64,000 nucleotides of DNA. Origin: an uncultured Verrucomicrobiae bacterium (GTDB lineage: Bacteria; Verrucomicrobiota; Verrucomicrobiia; Chthoniobacterales; JAFAMB01). Under the pieces are notes generated by a model. It had not been told where the DNA came from and made no database searches. It saw only the letters and a list, made by a program, of their open reading frames with translations. The DNA lies in the NCBI GenBank assembly GCA_963762565.1, contig CAVXLD010000001.1, forward strand, positions 1,184,001 to 1,248,000. The letters are read 5' to 3'. A program made the position numbers and the translations under genes. Of this stretch, positions 37,851-48,410 are shown piece after piece (position 1 is the first letter of the stretch; the number at the start of each line of letters is the position of its first letter).

Positions 37851-38441
37851 ATGGAGATATTCGATCCCTTCCGCACGCGTGTGCTAGCTGCTTTACTAAT
37901 CAGTTCTTGGGCGATACCAGGCGCTGCCCAAAGCAAATCAGACGCCGCCGGCACCCCCAGTAAAGAAACCGCTGACGCAGATGATGGTCAGCACGATTTC
38001 GATTTCGAATTCGGAGTTGGAAAGTTCATCTTAAACGGCTGCTGCAGCCGCTAACCGGTTCCAACCAATGGGTCAACTCGATGGCACCTCCGTCGTGAGG
38101 AAAGTCTGGGATGGACGCGCTAATCTCGGAGAGTTAGAGGTCACTAATCCTGAAAGTCATATCGAAGGTCTGAGTTTGCGCTTGTACAACCCACAAACCC
38201 ATCAGTGGAACATTTACTGGGCAAACCGAGGAGACGGCAACTTGGGCACTCCTCCGATGATCGGTCAGTTCAGGAAGGGCCGCGGTGAATTCTACGATCG
38301 GAATCATTCAACGGGGCTCCGATCCAGGCCCGATTTATCTTCTCCGAAATTTCTCCAAACTCGTTCCGCTTGGAGCAAGCGTTCTCTGCGGACGGGGGTA
38401 AAACGTGGGAACCGAACTGGATCGCAGACTTTAGCCGCTGA
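37851..38441 (+). CDS. Secreted hypothetical protein (DUF1579-like), frameshifted
   Basis: Signal peptide, DGQHDFDFEFG, then in other frames LRLYNPQTHQWNIYW, PPMIGQF, and ..FS.DGGKTWEPNW. Confidence 0.7.
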
Positions 38442-38475
38442 TAGGAGCCTCGAGCAGGGCCGCAAAGGACGTACG

Positions 38476-40254
38476 CTAAGGCGCAGCCCCTTCTTCACGA
38501 TCGTAGTTTACAACGTTGTTTGCTGCCTTGATGGAGTGCAGGTAATGCTGCTTAGGCTTGGTATTATCAAACGAATAGGTTTGGGAGCTGGCTTGTCCCT
38601 GGTTTCCGGTAATTTGGAACGAGCTGTTGAACAAGAGGGTATCGGCAGCATTTACCACCTTGACCAAATGGCTGGTGTACTGGTCGACTTGGGAAGGGAG
38701 CCCGATCTCTGCCATCCAATTTCCTTGCTCATCGATAAGGTACTCCTGATCAATGGTTGTGTTCTGCTGACCGGAACCATCAGAGTTGAAAGTCTGAACA
38801 ATATCAGCCGTCAACGGATAAGACAGGTCCCTTACGTTGGTTAACGTGGTCGTCTTCTGTCCGGGACCGGTATTGATATCTTGGTAGGTGCTTTTGGTGG
38901 TCAGCTTCGTGAGTTGAACAATGTCTTGCTCGTACTGGGAAGCGTTAATCACAAACCGCTGCTGATTTGAAAAGCTAGCGTCTTGCTCAACTTTAGTAAC
39001 CAACTTTTCGTGGGGCGACACCAGCACGTAACCTTCGACAGTGAGATGTCGCAGGGATCGAGTGGAGATAGTACCATTCGGGTATCCTTTTTCCTGGCGA
39101 ATGTTTTCCTGAATATCTAGCGGCGGCTGATAGTCACCGGTAACGGTAACGCCGCCCGTCAATGAGCTAGAGTTATAATTCAAGTACACAAACAGGTTGG
39201 CCGAAGCCAAAAAGTAGTTATTCGCGTTGAAGACACTGATCGAAATCGTATGCGGATTCCCATCACTCAACGGCACCGCAAACGGCGAAAGATCGATCCG
39301 GTAAGGCACAAAATTCGAAGTCTGGACCCCCGGAATAGGCGCCCAAAGATAGGGATCAATTCCGCCAGTAAAGATCCAAGGATAAACTGGAGCGAAACCT
39401 GCCACCTGACCGTCAATACTGACTTCCACCTCTCGAAAAGCAGTTCCACCGTACTCGTTGAGTTGTTGGGCTAAATTATCAGGAACATTCGAGTACCAGA
39501 ATTCATCCTGGTACTGATTTTGCGCGAAAACGTCGAGATAGGCGCGAGCAACGGTGGTGGGGATGTTTTGGACCTGTTGGGGAATCGTGAAGGTGAGAGC
39601 CAAAGCGTCGGTGCCAGATTGCAAGGTATAGCTGCCATCCGGCGTGCCGGGTAGAGGATAAACCAGATCGGCTACTACCGGCGCCTGTTCACCACTTCCC
39701 TCGGTATAGGGATAAAAGAGCAGGTAAGCGCTCGCATAGATTACTCCCGTGTACTGGGAGTTTACCAGATTCCCGATATTGATTTCCCCTGACTGGTCGC
39801 TCATGAGCAAGTTGCTGTACTCGGTTAAATCGCGCTCAATATGCCAGGAGGGCCCCAGGGTGGGGCTCGGTTCGGCCGTCGTTCCGATGTAAACCACGGT
39901 GTTCCCGATCGTCATCCGTGCAGTTCGGTCATATTGAACCCCTGCCGTCACGTTGATGTCGCAGACTAAAATCACTTTTGCCCAAGGCCGCGGCGAGTTG
40001 GGCGCTGTTGGCGGAGTGAAAGTGGGATGGGTGTAAGAGAAGTTTTGAGGATTGTAATTATTGAATTCCAAGTTCTCAAACAGCTGCACCTTGGTTGGTG
40101 CTCCGTATTTTGCGGGCGGACTGCTGACAGCTGGATCCGCGGTCATGGTATTACCAGATCCAATCGGGCTTCCGGCGTAACTCGCGCTCCAGAAACCGAG
40201 CGCTGTTAAAACCGAGAAACCAATGAGCCACATCCTGAAAGGTTGACACATCAT
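38476..40254 (-). CDS. Peptide-N4-(N-acetyl-beta-glucosaminyl)asparagine amidase A (PNGase A/H+-type), secreted
   Basis: GVQYDR, GTTAEP, DEFWY, TAFREVEVSIDG..AG.APVYPWIFTGGIDPYLWAPI, IDLSPF. Confidence 0.9.
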   Translation of the reverse strand: MMCQPFRMWLIGFSVLTALGFWSASYAGSPIGSGNTMTADPAVSSPPAKYGAPTKVQLFENLEFNNYNPQNFSYTHPTFTPPTAPNSPRPWAKVILVCDINVTAGVQYDRTARMTIGNTVVYIGTTAEPSPTLGPSWHIERDLTEYSNLLMSDQSGEINIGNLVNSQYTGVIYASAYLLFYPYTEGSGEQAPVVADLVYPLPGTPDGSYTLQSGTDALALTFTIPQQVQNIPTTVARAYLDVFAQNQYQDEFWYSNVPDNLAQQLNEYGGTAFREVEVSIDGQVAGFAPVYPWIFTGGIDPYLWAPIPGVQTSNFVPYRIDLSPFAVPLSDGNPHTISISVFNANNYFLASANLFVYLNYNSSSLTGGVTVTGDYQPPLDIQENIRQEKGYPNGTISTRSLRHLTVEGYVLVSPHEKLVTKVEQDASFSNQQRFVINASQYEQDIVQLTKLTTKSTYQDINTGPGQKTTTLTNVRDLSYPLTADIVQTFNSDGSGQQNTTIDQEYLIDEQGNWMAEIGLPSQVDQYTSHLVKVVNAADTLLFNSSFQITGNQGQASSQTYSFDNTKPKQHYLHSIKAANNVVNYDREEGAAP

Positions 40255-40348
40255 AACATAACAAGCATCCCGTTAGACCTTTGGTCTTAATCGATATCCG
40301 AGGGGCAGTCGACATTTTTTTGGTGGTAGGGTGAGGGGCAGCAGCGCG

Positions 40349-40555
40349 TGGTAGGGCGAGGCTCCGGAACGACCGAAAAGCAACTCGCAGGGCGAGATGG
40401 CACTGACTAGGTATATGGGATCCAACACCTCGAAGCTGCGAGCCGCGGGTGGCGCCACCAACGGCTCGCACCTCTTAGACGCTGCACCCCGATTACCGAG
40501 TAAAGGTTGTTCCGCTGCGACCCCGTTTCGGTCTTTCCGGAGCCTCGCCCTACCA
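40349..40555. mobile_element. GTAG-type REP doublet/MITE
   Basis: Perfect 20-bp TIR TGGTAGGGCGAGGCTCCGGA / TCCGGAGCCTCGCCCTACCA, extending to ~30 bp. Confidence 0.8.
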
Positions 40556-40558
40556 TTT

Positions 40559-40656
40559 TGTCACAAATCAGTGCCTTAACCGGTCTCTCTTCCTGGAAGA
40601 GAGCGGGTTGAAAATTTTTTATTCGAAACGTCGAAATGCGCTTGGCCAGGAACGTC
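40559..40656 (+). promoter_or_regulatory. Two ECF-sigma-type promoter candidates upstream of the YciI and CMD genes
   Basis: TGTCACA-N16-GGTC (40559-40585) and CGTCGA-N18-CGTC (40629-40656). Confidence 0.4.
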
Positions 40657-40707
40657 TTGTTTGATGAGACCGCGAAGATTTCGGGTCTAATACAAGGACA
40701 CAACGCT

Positions 40708-41100
40708 ATGAACTACATGCTCTTGGTTGCCGAGACCCAAACCGACTTCGACAGACGAAGTGAGCCAGCTCGGGCGGCTTTCCTCGGTGAAGCCTGGAAA
40801 GCCTACAGCGATGCGCTCCAGAAAGCAGGGGTCTTAGTCAGGGGGTCAGGGCTGCAACCACCTCAGACGGCCACCACGGTGCGAGTGAGAGATGGCAAAC
40901 GCCTCGTACAAGACGGCGCATTTGCCGAGTCCAAAGAACTGGTGGCCAGTGTGATTGTCATCGAAGCGCCTGATCTGGACCAGGCATTAGAATGGGCCGC
41001 TCGCTGTCCAGCAGCAGCGTGGGGCGCAGTTGAGGTTCGACCAGTTTGCAAGGAGCCTAAGAACCGCCAATCAAGCCGGAGCGACCGACAACGCGGATGA
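40708..41100 (+). CDS. YciI/DGPF family protein
   Basis: MNYMLL, LQPPQTATTVRV, DGAFAESKE, LDQALEWAARCP, VEVRP. Confidence 0.88.
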   Translation: MNYMLLVAETQTDFDRRSEPARAAFLGEAWKAYSDALQKAGVLVRGSGLQPPQTATTVRVRDGKRLVQDGAFAESKELVASVIVIEAPDLDQALEWAARCPAAAWGAVEVRPVCKEPKNRQSSRSDRQRG

Positions 41101-41156
41101 GCAGTAACTCATCGCTAGCACAGATTTGAAATTAATAATGCAATGAAAGGTAAACC

Positions 41157-41746
41157 ATGAATGAGCCATTTCTTCCTCCAATCGAAAAGCCTAACGGATT
41201 CATTAAGAAGATGGTCTATGCGATGAGTCGTAAACAGTTCGGCAAAGTTCCAACTCCGGTGAAGGTCTTTGCCGCGCGCATGCCAACCGCGTTCGGGATG
41301 TTCTATGGCAAGATCATCAACTAGATAAAAAGTTGCAGCTACCGCGAGAGACGGTGTTCCTGATTCGCGAACAGGTGGCCCGGATTAACGTATGCCTTTT
41401 CTGCACCGATATCGGGCGCTTTTTCGCCATGAAAGAGGCGATGAGTGAGGCAAATCGACGCGCTCCCGGAGCACCGGACCAGCGCTCTCTTCACCGATGC
41501 AGAACGCGCAGCCCTAGATTACGTGACGGAACTAACCCAGGATAAAAAGGGTCAGTCAGAGCACGTTCAATCGCTTAGCCGGCTGTTATTCCGAAGGCCA
41601 GATCTGCGAGATCGTCTGGCTCGTGGCCACCGAGCATGTTTATAACATGGCCAATATCGGTCTGAACATTCATTCCGATATGCTCTGCGACATTCAGCAA
41701 GAAAGCGCGTTCGGCGAGTACAGTGCATGCCGCTTCTGCGAACTGA
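41157..41746 (+). CDS. Carboxymuconolactone decarboxylase/AhpD family protein, frameshifted
   Basis: Pieces in different frames: VARINVCLFCTD (CxxC), FTDAERAALDYVTELT, EIVWLVATEHVYN...HSD.LC. Confidence 0.8.
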
Positions 41747-41757
41747 GGCGGAAAGAA

Positions 41758-41990
41758 GGAGGGATCGCGTACCCGCGATCAGCAGTTGTGGTAGGGCGGG
41801 TCCAATCCTGAACGGGACGGCGGCGGGGACGGGCATTTTGCTCGGTCTATGGGGTGCATCGTCTAAAAGCTGCCGAGCCGTGGACCGCGCGACCCACGGC
41901 TCGGCAGCTATCAGACCTCGCACACCACATACAGACCACCTGTCTTTGGCGCTGCTAAAACTCCCAGGTATTCCGGAGCCTCGCCCTACC
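41758..41990. repeat. GGGAGGG-family half arm abutting a second GTAG-type element
   Basis: GGAGGGATCGCGTACCCGCGATC (41758-41780); TGGTAGGGCG...TCCGGAGCCTCGCCCTACC (41789-41990), whose interior resembles 40349-40555 inverted. Confidence 0.65.
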
Positions 41991-42016
41991 GACGCTCCGG
42001 AGCCTTATCCACCCGA

Positions 42017-43099
42017 TTATTTTACGCTTTGGATCTGCGCTTCGCTTAATGCCCAGACCTGGGGCGGCAAAGCGATGAAATGGACACTGTCCAGGTATCC
42101 GTCATTCGTCTCGCTCGGTACGATAGACCAAGTTAAGAAGTTGCGAATCGCGGTGGCAACTGCCGGATCTGACTGTTTAGTCGAAACCACCGCATACTCG
42201 TAATTGATGAGCGGGTAGGCGTTGTCGCCGGGAGCCAACACGATCGTGAGGCGCTCGTCCGCCGGCGTCCTGGTGCCCAGTCCGGCGGCAGCAGCTAAAA
42301 CGGCATCTTTTGTGGGCAGCAAGAAGTTGCCCGCTTGGTTTTTAAGCAAGGCAGTTCCCAGGTCCGCATCGGCGATTTGCTTGCTGTAGCTAACCCCTAG
42401 GTATGCCACAGAGTAAGGTGTTTTCTGGATCGTCTCCACCATCCCATCGTTACCTTTGGCCTCGAGACTGCCGGGAACCGCAGGCCAGTTGATAGTCAGG
42501 CCGAAGCCGTAGTCGTCCGACCATTTTGAATCAGCAAAACTCAGGAACTGGGTAAAGATATAGGTATCACCCGAGCCGTCCGATCGGCGGACGGGAATGA
42601 TTGGTTGATGGGGAAGTTTAAGGTTGGGATTGAGAGCGGCGATCGGAGCCGCGTCCCATTCGCGAATCTTTCCGGAGTAAATCCCCGCCAAAACTGTCCC
42701 GTCTAATTTCAGTTTCTCAGTGTTGAGCTCAGGGATGTTGTAGTTAACCATCTGCGCCGAGATACAGAGCGGGATATTTAGGATCTGCGGATTTTCTCTG
42801 GACTGCCGATCGGACATAAACACATCTGAGGCGCCGATCTGGGCCTCTCCTGCAATCGCCTTTTTGATGCCGGCGTCTGAACCGCTCGGATCGGTGCTAA
42901 TGGTCACCCCGGCATGAGTCGACGTGTAATTCTCGACCCAAATCTTGAACAGCGGGTACAAGAGCGTCGAGCCCGACTCGTTCAGAGTGACGTCCCCGGC
43001 CTGCACGGCGATCGGCATCGCACTAACCAAGCAGAGGGCGAAAGCGACTGCGCTTAGTTGCCGCCACGTGGCGGAAACCGTTGAATTGATAGTTCGCAT
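42017..43099 (-). CDS. pstS: Phosphate ABC transporter substrate-binding protein
   Basis: GSTLLYP, GSDAGI, GASD, RRSDGSGDT, GNDGM, YPLINYEY. Confidence 0.93.
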   Translation of the reverse strand: MRTINSTVSATWRQLSAVAFALCLVSAMPIAVQAGDVTLNESGSTLLYPLFKIWVENYTSTHAGVTISTDPSGSDAGIKKAIAGEAQIGASDVFMSDRQSRENPQILNIPLCISAQMVNYNIPELNTEKLKLDGTVLAGIYSGKIREWDAAPIAALNPNLKLPHQPIIPVRRSDGSGDTYIFTQFLSFADSKWSDDYGFGLTINWPAVPGSLEAKGNDGMVETIQKTPYSVAYLGVSYSKQIADADLGTALLKNQAGNFLLPTKDAVLAAAAGLGTRTPADERLTIVLAPGDNAYPLINYEYAVVSTKQSDPAVATAIRNFLTWSIVPSETNDGYLDSVHFIALPPQVWALSEAQIQSVK

Positions 43100-43116
43100 T
43101 TGTTTGTCCGAAGAAA

Positions 43117-44596
43117 TTAATTGCTACCAGCAGGAGCTATCCCAGGGACATCTAAGGTTGCAGCAGGCTGGGTACGTCCGATCTCGTCAAGGTTGACGCC
43201 CTTGGTTTCAATTCTAAACACCCAGGTTACGACCGCCCCGATCAGGGACGTAACAACCAGAATGTAAAGAACCGAAGTGGTTCCCATGGTGGTGAGCAAA
43301 ATGGGAAAGAAAAATCCGGTAGAAACAGCACCGATTTTGCCGACAGCGGCTGCAACTCCCGCACCGATACCGCGGATTGATGTCGGAAAAACCTCTCCGG
43401 CAAGCAAATAGGTCTGCGCGTTCGGACCCAGATTGGTCATGAAATTGAAAAACATGAACCCGGCAAAGATCAGGAACGTCTGGGCAGTCCCGGTTGTGTA
43501 GAACGAGAAGGAAGCGACCAGCAAGCCGACAGCACAGCCGATAAAGCCCACCACCTGTAACCAAATGCGGCCAACTCTGTCCGCTAGGAACACGGCAAAG
43601 ATGATTCCGACGATTAGTAATCCTGTGATCATGGCTGCGCCTTTAGCAGCGACAATCCCATCGGCGATAAGGTCGCTGACACTGCGGACATGCTCAACCT
43701 TGCCGCCGATCGTCATGGCCAAGATGGTAGGAATGAAAATACCGATTCCGTAGGTGCCGAGGTCCTGCAGAAACCAGGGAACCGACAGGTCAAAACGTAC
43801 GCGGTTTTGTTTTTTGAACAGAGCCAGGAATCCACCGCCCTGCTCCTTTACCTTCCGCCGCAGCCACAACCTGCTGGGCTAGGTAATGATGGCGGGATAC
43901 ACCGGTTTTCGCAGCAGCAACCTCTGGGCCGCTTTTTGAGCCTTTTCAATCCGACCGCGCGCCAACAACCAGTTTGCGCTCTGGGGTCCGTCGAAGGGAT
44001 TTGTCGAGCCGGGCGGGCGTCAAACCGTCGCGTTGCATCGGACGCCAGCCGTCGCTCGGGCACTGACGACGGCGGCGGCAGAGGAATGAAGTGCCAGCCC
44101 AAAGCCCGCGCCCTGAAAGCGAGGCCGCCCAACGGGCTTGTTCGACTGGGACTGGTGGTGTTTTGGAAATGTTGGCCGTGTGGCTGTCGGATAATCATCA
44201 CCCAAGCGGGTCCGATGCCGATCAGCAGTCGTTAGGAGGGGGAGTCGTGCTGACGGTCGATAGAACCAGAAACGCTACAAAAATGACCATCTCGATAACG
44301 AACATCGGTTTACGGCCAAAACGGTCCGACATACCGCCAAGCCCCACCGCTCCCACCAAGATTCCGAGCAGGCTGGCGGCCCCGATCAATCCGTTCTGGG
44401 CCGAGCCGATCTCGAACTCTCGCGAGATTAACGGCAACGCCACGCCAGTCATAAAGACAACGTAGCCCTCGAAAAACTTACCTATGGCGGCCAGGGCCCA
44501 AATAAGCCATTGCATACCAGTCATGGGAACCCCAGAGATCGGGGTCCCGTGAGGCCATACCGGCCGCTCGTCAATGTATTCTTGTATGGATTTCAT
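43117..44596 (-). CDS. MFS transporter (phosphate:H+ symporter-like), disrupted in its central part
   Basis: N-terminal GKFFEGY...SDRFGRK; C-terminal PWFLQDLGTYG, ADRVGR, NLGPNAQTYLLAGEVFPTSIRG. Only remnants (DYPTA, WLLARGR) remain in 43870-44240. Confidence 0.85.
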
Positions 44597-44740
44597 TTTG
44601 AAAGACTAGGGTCATTTCATCATTGAGGAACTCGGATCCATCCCCCCTGATGTGGTTTAGCTTGCTTTCAACACTCTTCCCCTTGGTCACTACAACAGAG
44701 CGAATGGATGACAGAGACACCAAACGAAAGTGCCAGCGCA

Positions 44741-44768
44741 GTGACAATCGCGTCACGATTTCGTGAAA
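44741..44768 (-). promoter_or_regulatory. Pho-box-like triple direct repeat upstream of MFS-pstS
   Basis: Minus strand GTTCACgaaat CGTGACgcgat TGTCAC, 11-nt period. Confidence 0.5.
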
Positions 44769-44839
44769 CTTATTCCGCTGACGGCTGCAAGCGTCGGTAG
44801 CGGTCCGGCAGCTGCCAGGCACGTGCCGGACCCGGCGCT

Positions 44840-44960
44840 GGGAGGGATCGCGTTCCCCGCGATCCGTTGTTCCCGAAGCCGAGCGTGCTTGTCAGTCGAG
44901 TAATCGGAATCGTTCTGTGAGCTTGGCACGTCTTTGCGGCGCGCGAGGACGCACCCTCCG
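44840..44960. repeat. REP-like doublet (GGGAGGG family)
   Basis: GGGAGGGATCGCGTTCCCCGCGATCCG ... GCGGCGCGCGAGGACGCACCCTCC. Confidence 0.75.
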
Positions 44961-45034
44961 GTCAGGGGCCGGCCAATACCTGCGCCCTTATGTTGACGCG
45001 CCTGACGGCGGCTTGCGGACCACTACCGGTTGGT

Positions 45035-45335
45035 TTAGCCACCGGCCATGGCCCCAACTATCAGAAACGGCTCGATGCCCTCGATAACACGTCCGTGGGC
45101 AAGGGAGAGTCCTGGCAGTTCGTGAGAGAGATCCTCTTTACAGGCGTAAAACCTGACGAACGGACGCGGTTGCAAAGTCGACCGGTCCCGAATGGCTCCG
45201 CGAAGCACGGGGTATTGTGTTTCTAGCGCGTCGAGTACCGATCCGAGTGTAGCTTGTCCATCCAGGGCGAGCTCTATTTCACCGTTCACCCTCGCTAAAT
45301 TCCTCAAATGGTAGGGTAGCGCGACCCCGGATCAT
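45035..45335 (-). CDS. MoaD/ThiS ubiquitin-like protein (apparent +1 frameshift near the start)
   Basis: C-terminal AMAGG; VLDALE..YP.LRGAI, RPFVRFY; start overlaps the upstream stop (ATGA). Confidence 0.85.
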
Positions 45336-46448
45336 GGTAAGGTTTGGACCTCGACAGAAAGGACTGCAGGAAGATCGCGGACGATCGGGCTCCAGCTGTC
45401 GCCGTTCTGTGCGGACGCGTAGACTTGGCCGCCGGTAGTTCCGAAATAAACTCCGCATGGCTCAAGCGAATCGACCGCCATCGCATCCCGCAGCACATTC
45501 ACGTAGCAGTCTTTTTGCGGCAATCCTTTCGTTAGCGGTTCCCAATCATTTCCACCGGACCGGCTTCGATACACCCGCAATTTGGCGTCCGGCGGAAAGT
45601 GCTCGGAATCACTCTTAATTGGAACTACGTAGATCGTCTGAGGCTCGTGAGCGTGTACTTGAACCGGAAACCCAAAGTCGGACGGCAAATCGCCACTGAC
45701 CTCTGACCACGAGTCACCACCGTTATCCGAACGCATAACATCCCAATGTTTCTGCATAAACAAGGTGTCCGGGTTGGACGGGTGTAAGGCTATCCGATGA
45801 ACACAGTGCCCAACCTCGGCCTGAGGGTCCGGCAATTCCCAATTGGATTTCAGTCCCTGGTTAACCGGCTTCCAGGTTTTCCCGCTGTCGTCGCTTCGGA
45901 AAACGCCGGCTGCCGAGATAGCGACGAACATTCGGTCCGGATTTTTCGGATCGAGAACAACGGAGTGCACGCACATACCGCCCGCGCCAGGTTGCCAGAG
46001 ATCCCCCTTCACGCCTCGCAGTCCCGAGAGCTCTTGCCAAGTTCGGCCGCCGTCCGCTGACTTGAAAAGCGCAGCGTCTTCCGCTCCGGCAAAAACGGTC
46101 TCAGACTCAGTCAGGGAAGGTTCCAGATGCCAGACCCGTTTGAATTCCCACGGATGTTGGGTGCCGTCGTACCACTTATGCGTACCAGGCACACCATCGT
46201 ACTTAAACTCGTTGCCAACCGCCTCCCAAGTTTGTCCACCATCGTCCGATCGCTGCAACATCTGGCCAAACCAACTCGTGTTCTGCGAGGCATACAGTCG
46301 ATTCGGATTAACCGGCGACCCATTCACATGGTAGATCTCCCAACCCGCAAAATCGGGGTCCGCTGACTTCCCATTCGTTGCGCTGCCCGTCAGCGGTCAA
46401 GATAAACGCCCCTTTTCTGGTACCAACCAATACTCGTACTTGGCTCAT
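45332..46448 (-). CDS. BNR/Asp-box (sialidase-like) beta-propeller protein, frameshift near 46355
   Basis: [16 protein letters not shown] start; repeated SxDGGxTW Asp boxes; [17 protein letters not shown]. Confidence 0.88.
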
Positions 46449-46470
46449 ATTGTTTCTCGCTTAACAGCGT

Positions 46471-46497
46471 GACGAATAAAGCCGGCTCTCTTGGACA
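46471..46497 (-). promoter_or_regulatory. ECF-sigma-type promoter candidate
   Basis: Minus strand TGTCCA-N17-CGTC, ~22 nt upstream of the BNR start. Confidence 0.45.
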
Positions 46498-46549
46498 TTT
46501 ATTTTTTAGTTTTTTCTCGGGGCCACCGAAGATGGTTCATCCCGAATGG

Positions 46550-47113
<564 letters not shown>

Positions 47114-47207
47114 TCCGCCAGAGTACCGCCGACGGGGTAGGTTGGCAACGTAGCCCGCTTCAGGGCTAGGAGCGACTCACGTAACCCAGGCCGAGCCACA
47201 ACAACAT

Positions 47208-47650
47208 TTATAACCCGGTAGCTAAAGCCCAGCCGGAAGTAGAACCCGGGAACTTGTAAACACCGGTCGCTCTAGGATTGAAAACCCAATGATCCAGAAC
47301 AAACTGGCAAATTTCTTGGTCGGCTAGAATCGCACCAGAGGACATCAACGAGCGTACTTCTGTCGCTTTACCGGCATCTAGCTTCACTATGACGAGCATG
47401 TAACCGGCGGAATCAAGTCCGCCTAATTGCGCGGCTAGTAACGATCGCTTTGCGTTTTGCGAAAGCTGGGGGGTAGGATTTTGCCAAACGACACGTCAGT
47501 TTCGTCGCCCGAAGGGGCATCGCCGGCATTGGCGTTCAGGGAGGCAAACGGTAAGAACGCTAACACAAGAAGGAGCACTGTCCGCCCGGTCTTCGTCCAA
47601 AAGGCTCCGGGGAGTTGCGCTAGGGGATACTGGTCTTTTTTAATTCATCG
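47208..47650 (-). pseudogene. Possible frameshifted gene for a secreted protein with a TonB C-terminal-like domain
   Basis: Hydrophobic signal VLLLVLAFLPFASLNANA upstream in another frame; C-terminal VIVKLDAGK.TEV...SSG...D......W.F.P pattern. Confidence 0.3.
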
Positions 47651-47860
47651 AGATAAGGTTGGTACATGGCTTCTGTTAAGGTTGCTCACATGGTGACGGG
47701 AGCAGCTCGCTCCCTGTTCCATCCAAAGTATCCCGTGTCCGGCCGAAATAGTTTCGTCCCACCTAATTAAGCTTCACACTACCGTCCGGCGTTTGAGCAT
47801 GACGATCGCATCGATTAACTGGTAGGAATGTTAGTTCGTTCCAGTTTTTTATGAAAGCAT

Positions 47861-48376
47861 ATGACCAGGGTAATCGCCGCTGTCGCATTTTTCTCGTTGG
47901 CGATGTTCTTGCCAGCACGCGCCGCTACTATCGACCTGCCTCTCTACGGTTTCCAAATCGATGCATTGGATGCCACGCCGAGCACATCAACTCCAACCAC
48001 GGTTCTGGAAATGTTTCTCCCGGTAACAGAAAGTTTCGCACCTAATATCAATGTCCAAATCCAGCCGTATACCGGAACGATCAAAGATTATGTGGCGCTC
48101 TCCAAAAGCCAGTTCGAGCAGATGAAATGGAAGGTGGTCTCCGACACGCAAACTGGGGACAACGAATGGAATGTCGAATATACCGGCTCGTATCAAGGGA
48201 ACGACTTACACTTCTATGCACGGGCTCTGTTCAACGGAAAAATCTATGTGGTGACGGCCACAGCCAAAGAGTCGCAATGGCCAACCGTGAGCGATACACT
48301 AAAGAAACACGTCGAAAGCTTCCAGACAACGCCGACATCGCCGGGAACGCAGGCACCGCCGACAACGAACGGTTGA
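47861..48376 (+). CDS. Secreted hypothetical protein (PsbP/DcrB-like fold)
   Basis: Signal peptide; FAPNINV, YVVTATA...W......VESF. Confidence 0.7.
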   Translation: MTRVIAAVAFFSLAMFLPARAATIDLPLYGFQIDALDATPSTSTPTTVLEMFLPVTESFAPNINVQIQPYTGTIKDYVALSKSQFEQMKWKVVSDTQTGDNEWNVEYTGSYQGNDLHFYARALFNGKIYVVTATAKESQWPTVSDTLKKHVESFQTTPTSPGTQAPPTTNG

Positions 48377-48410
48377 CGCCGTTGTCGGCGATCACGGCGA
48401 TCACGGCGTT
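48328..48410. repeat. 9-nt periodic inverted-repeat element overlapping the ends of two convergent genes
   Basis: AACGCCGAC ATCGCCGGG AACGCAGGC ACCGCCGAC AACG ... CCGTTGTCGGCGATCACGGCGATCACGGCGTT. Confidence 0.7.

Noticed and set aside
43690..44465. Independent ORFs or an inserted element inside the MFS gene
   Set aside because: The segment retains MFS remnants and lacks terminal repeats; the ORFs are by-products of frame disruption.
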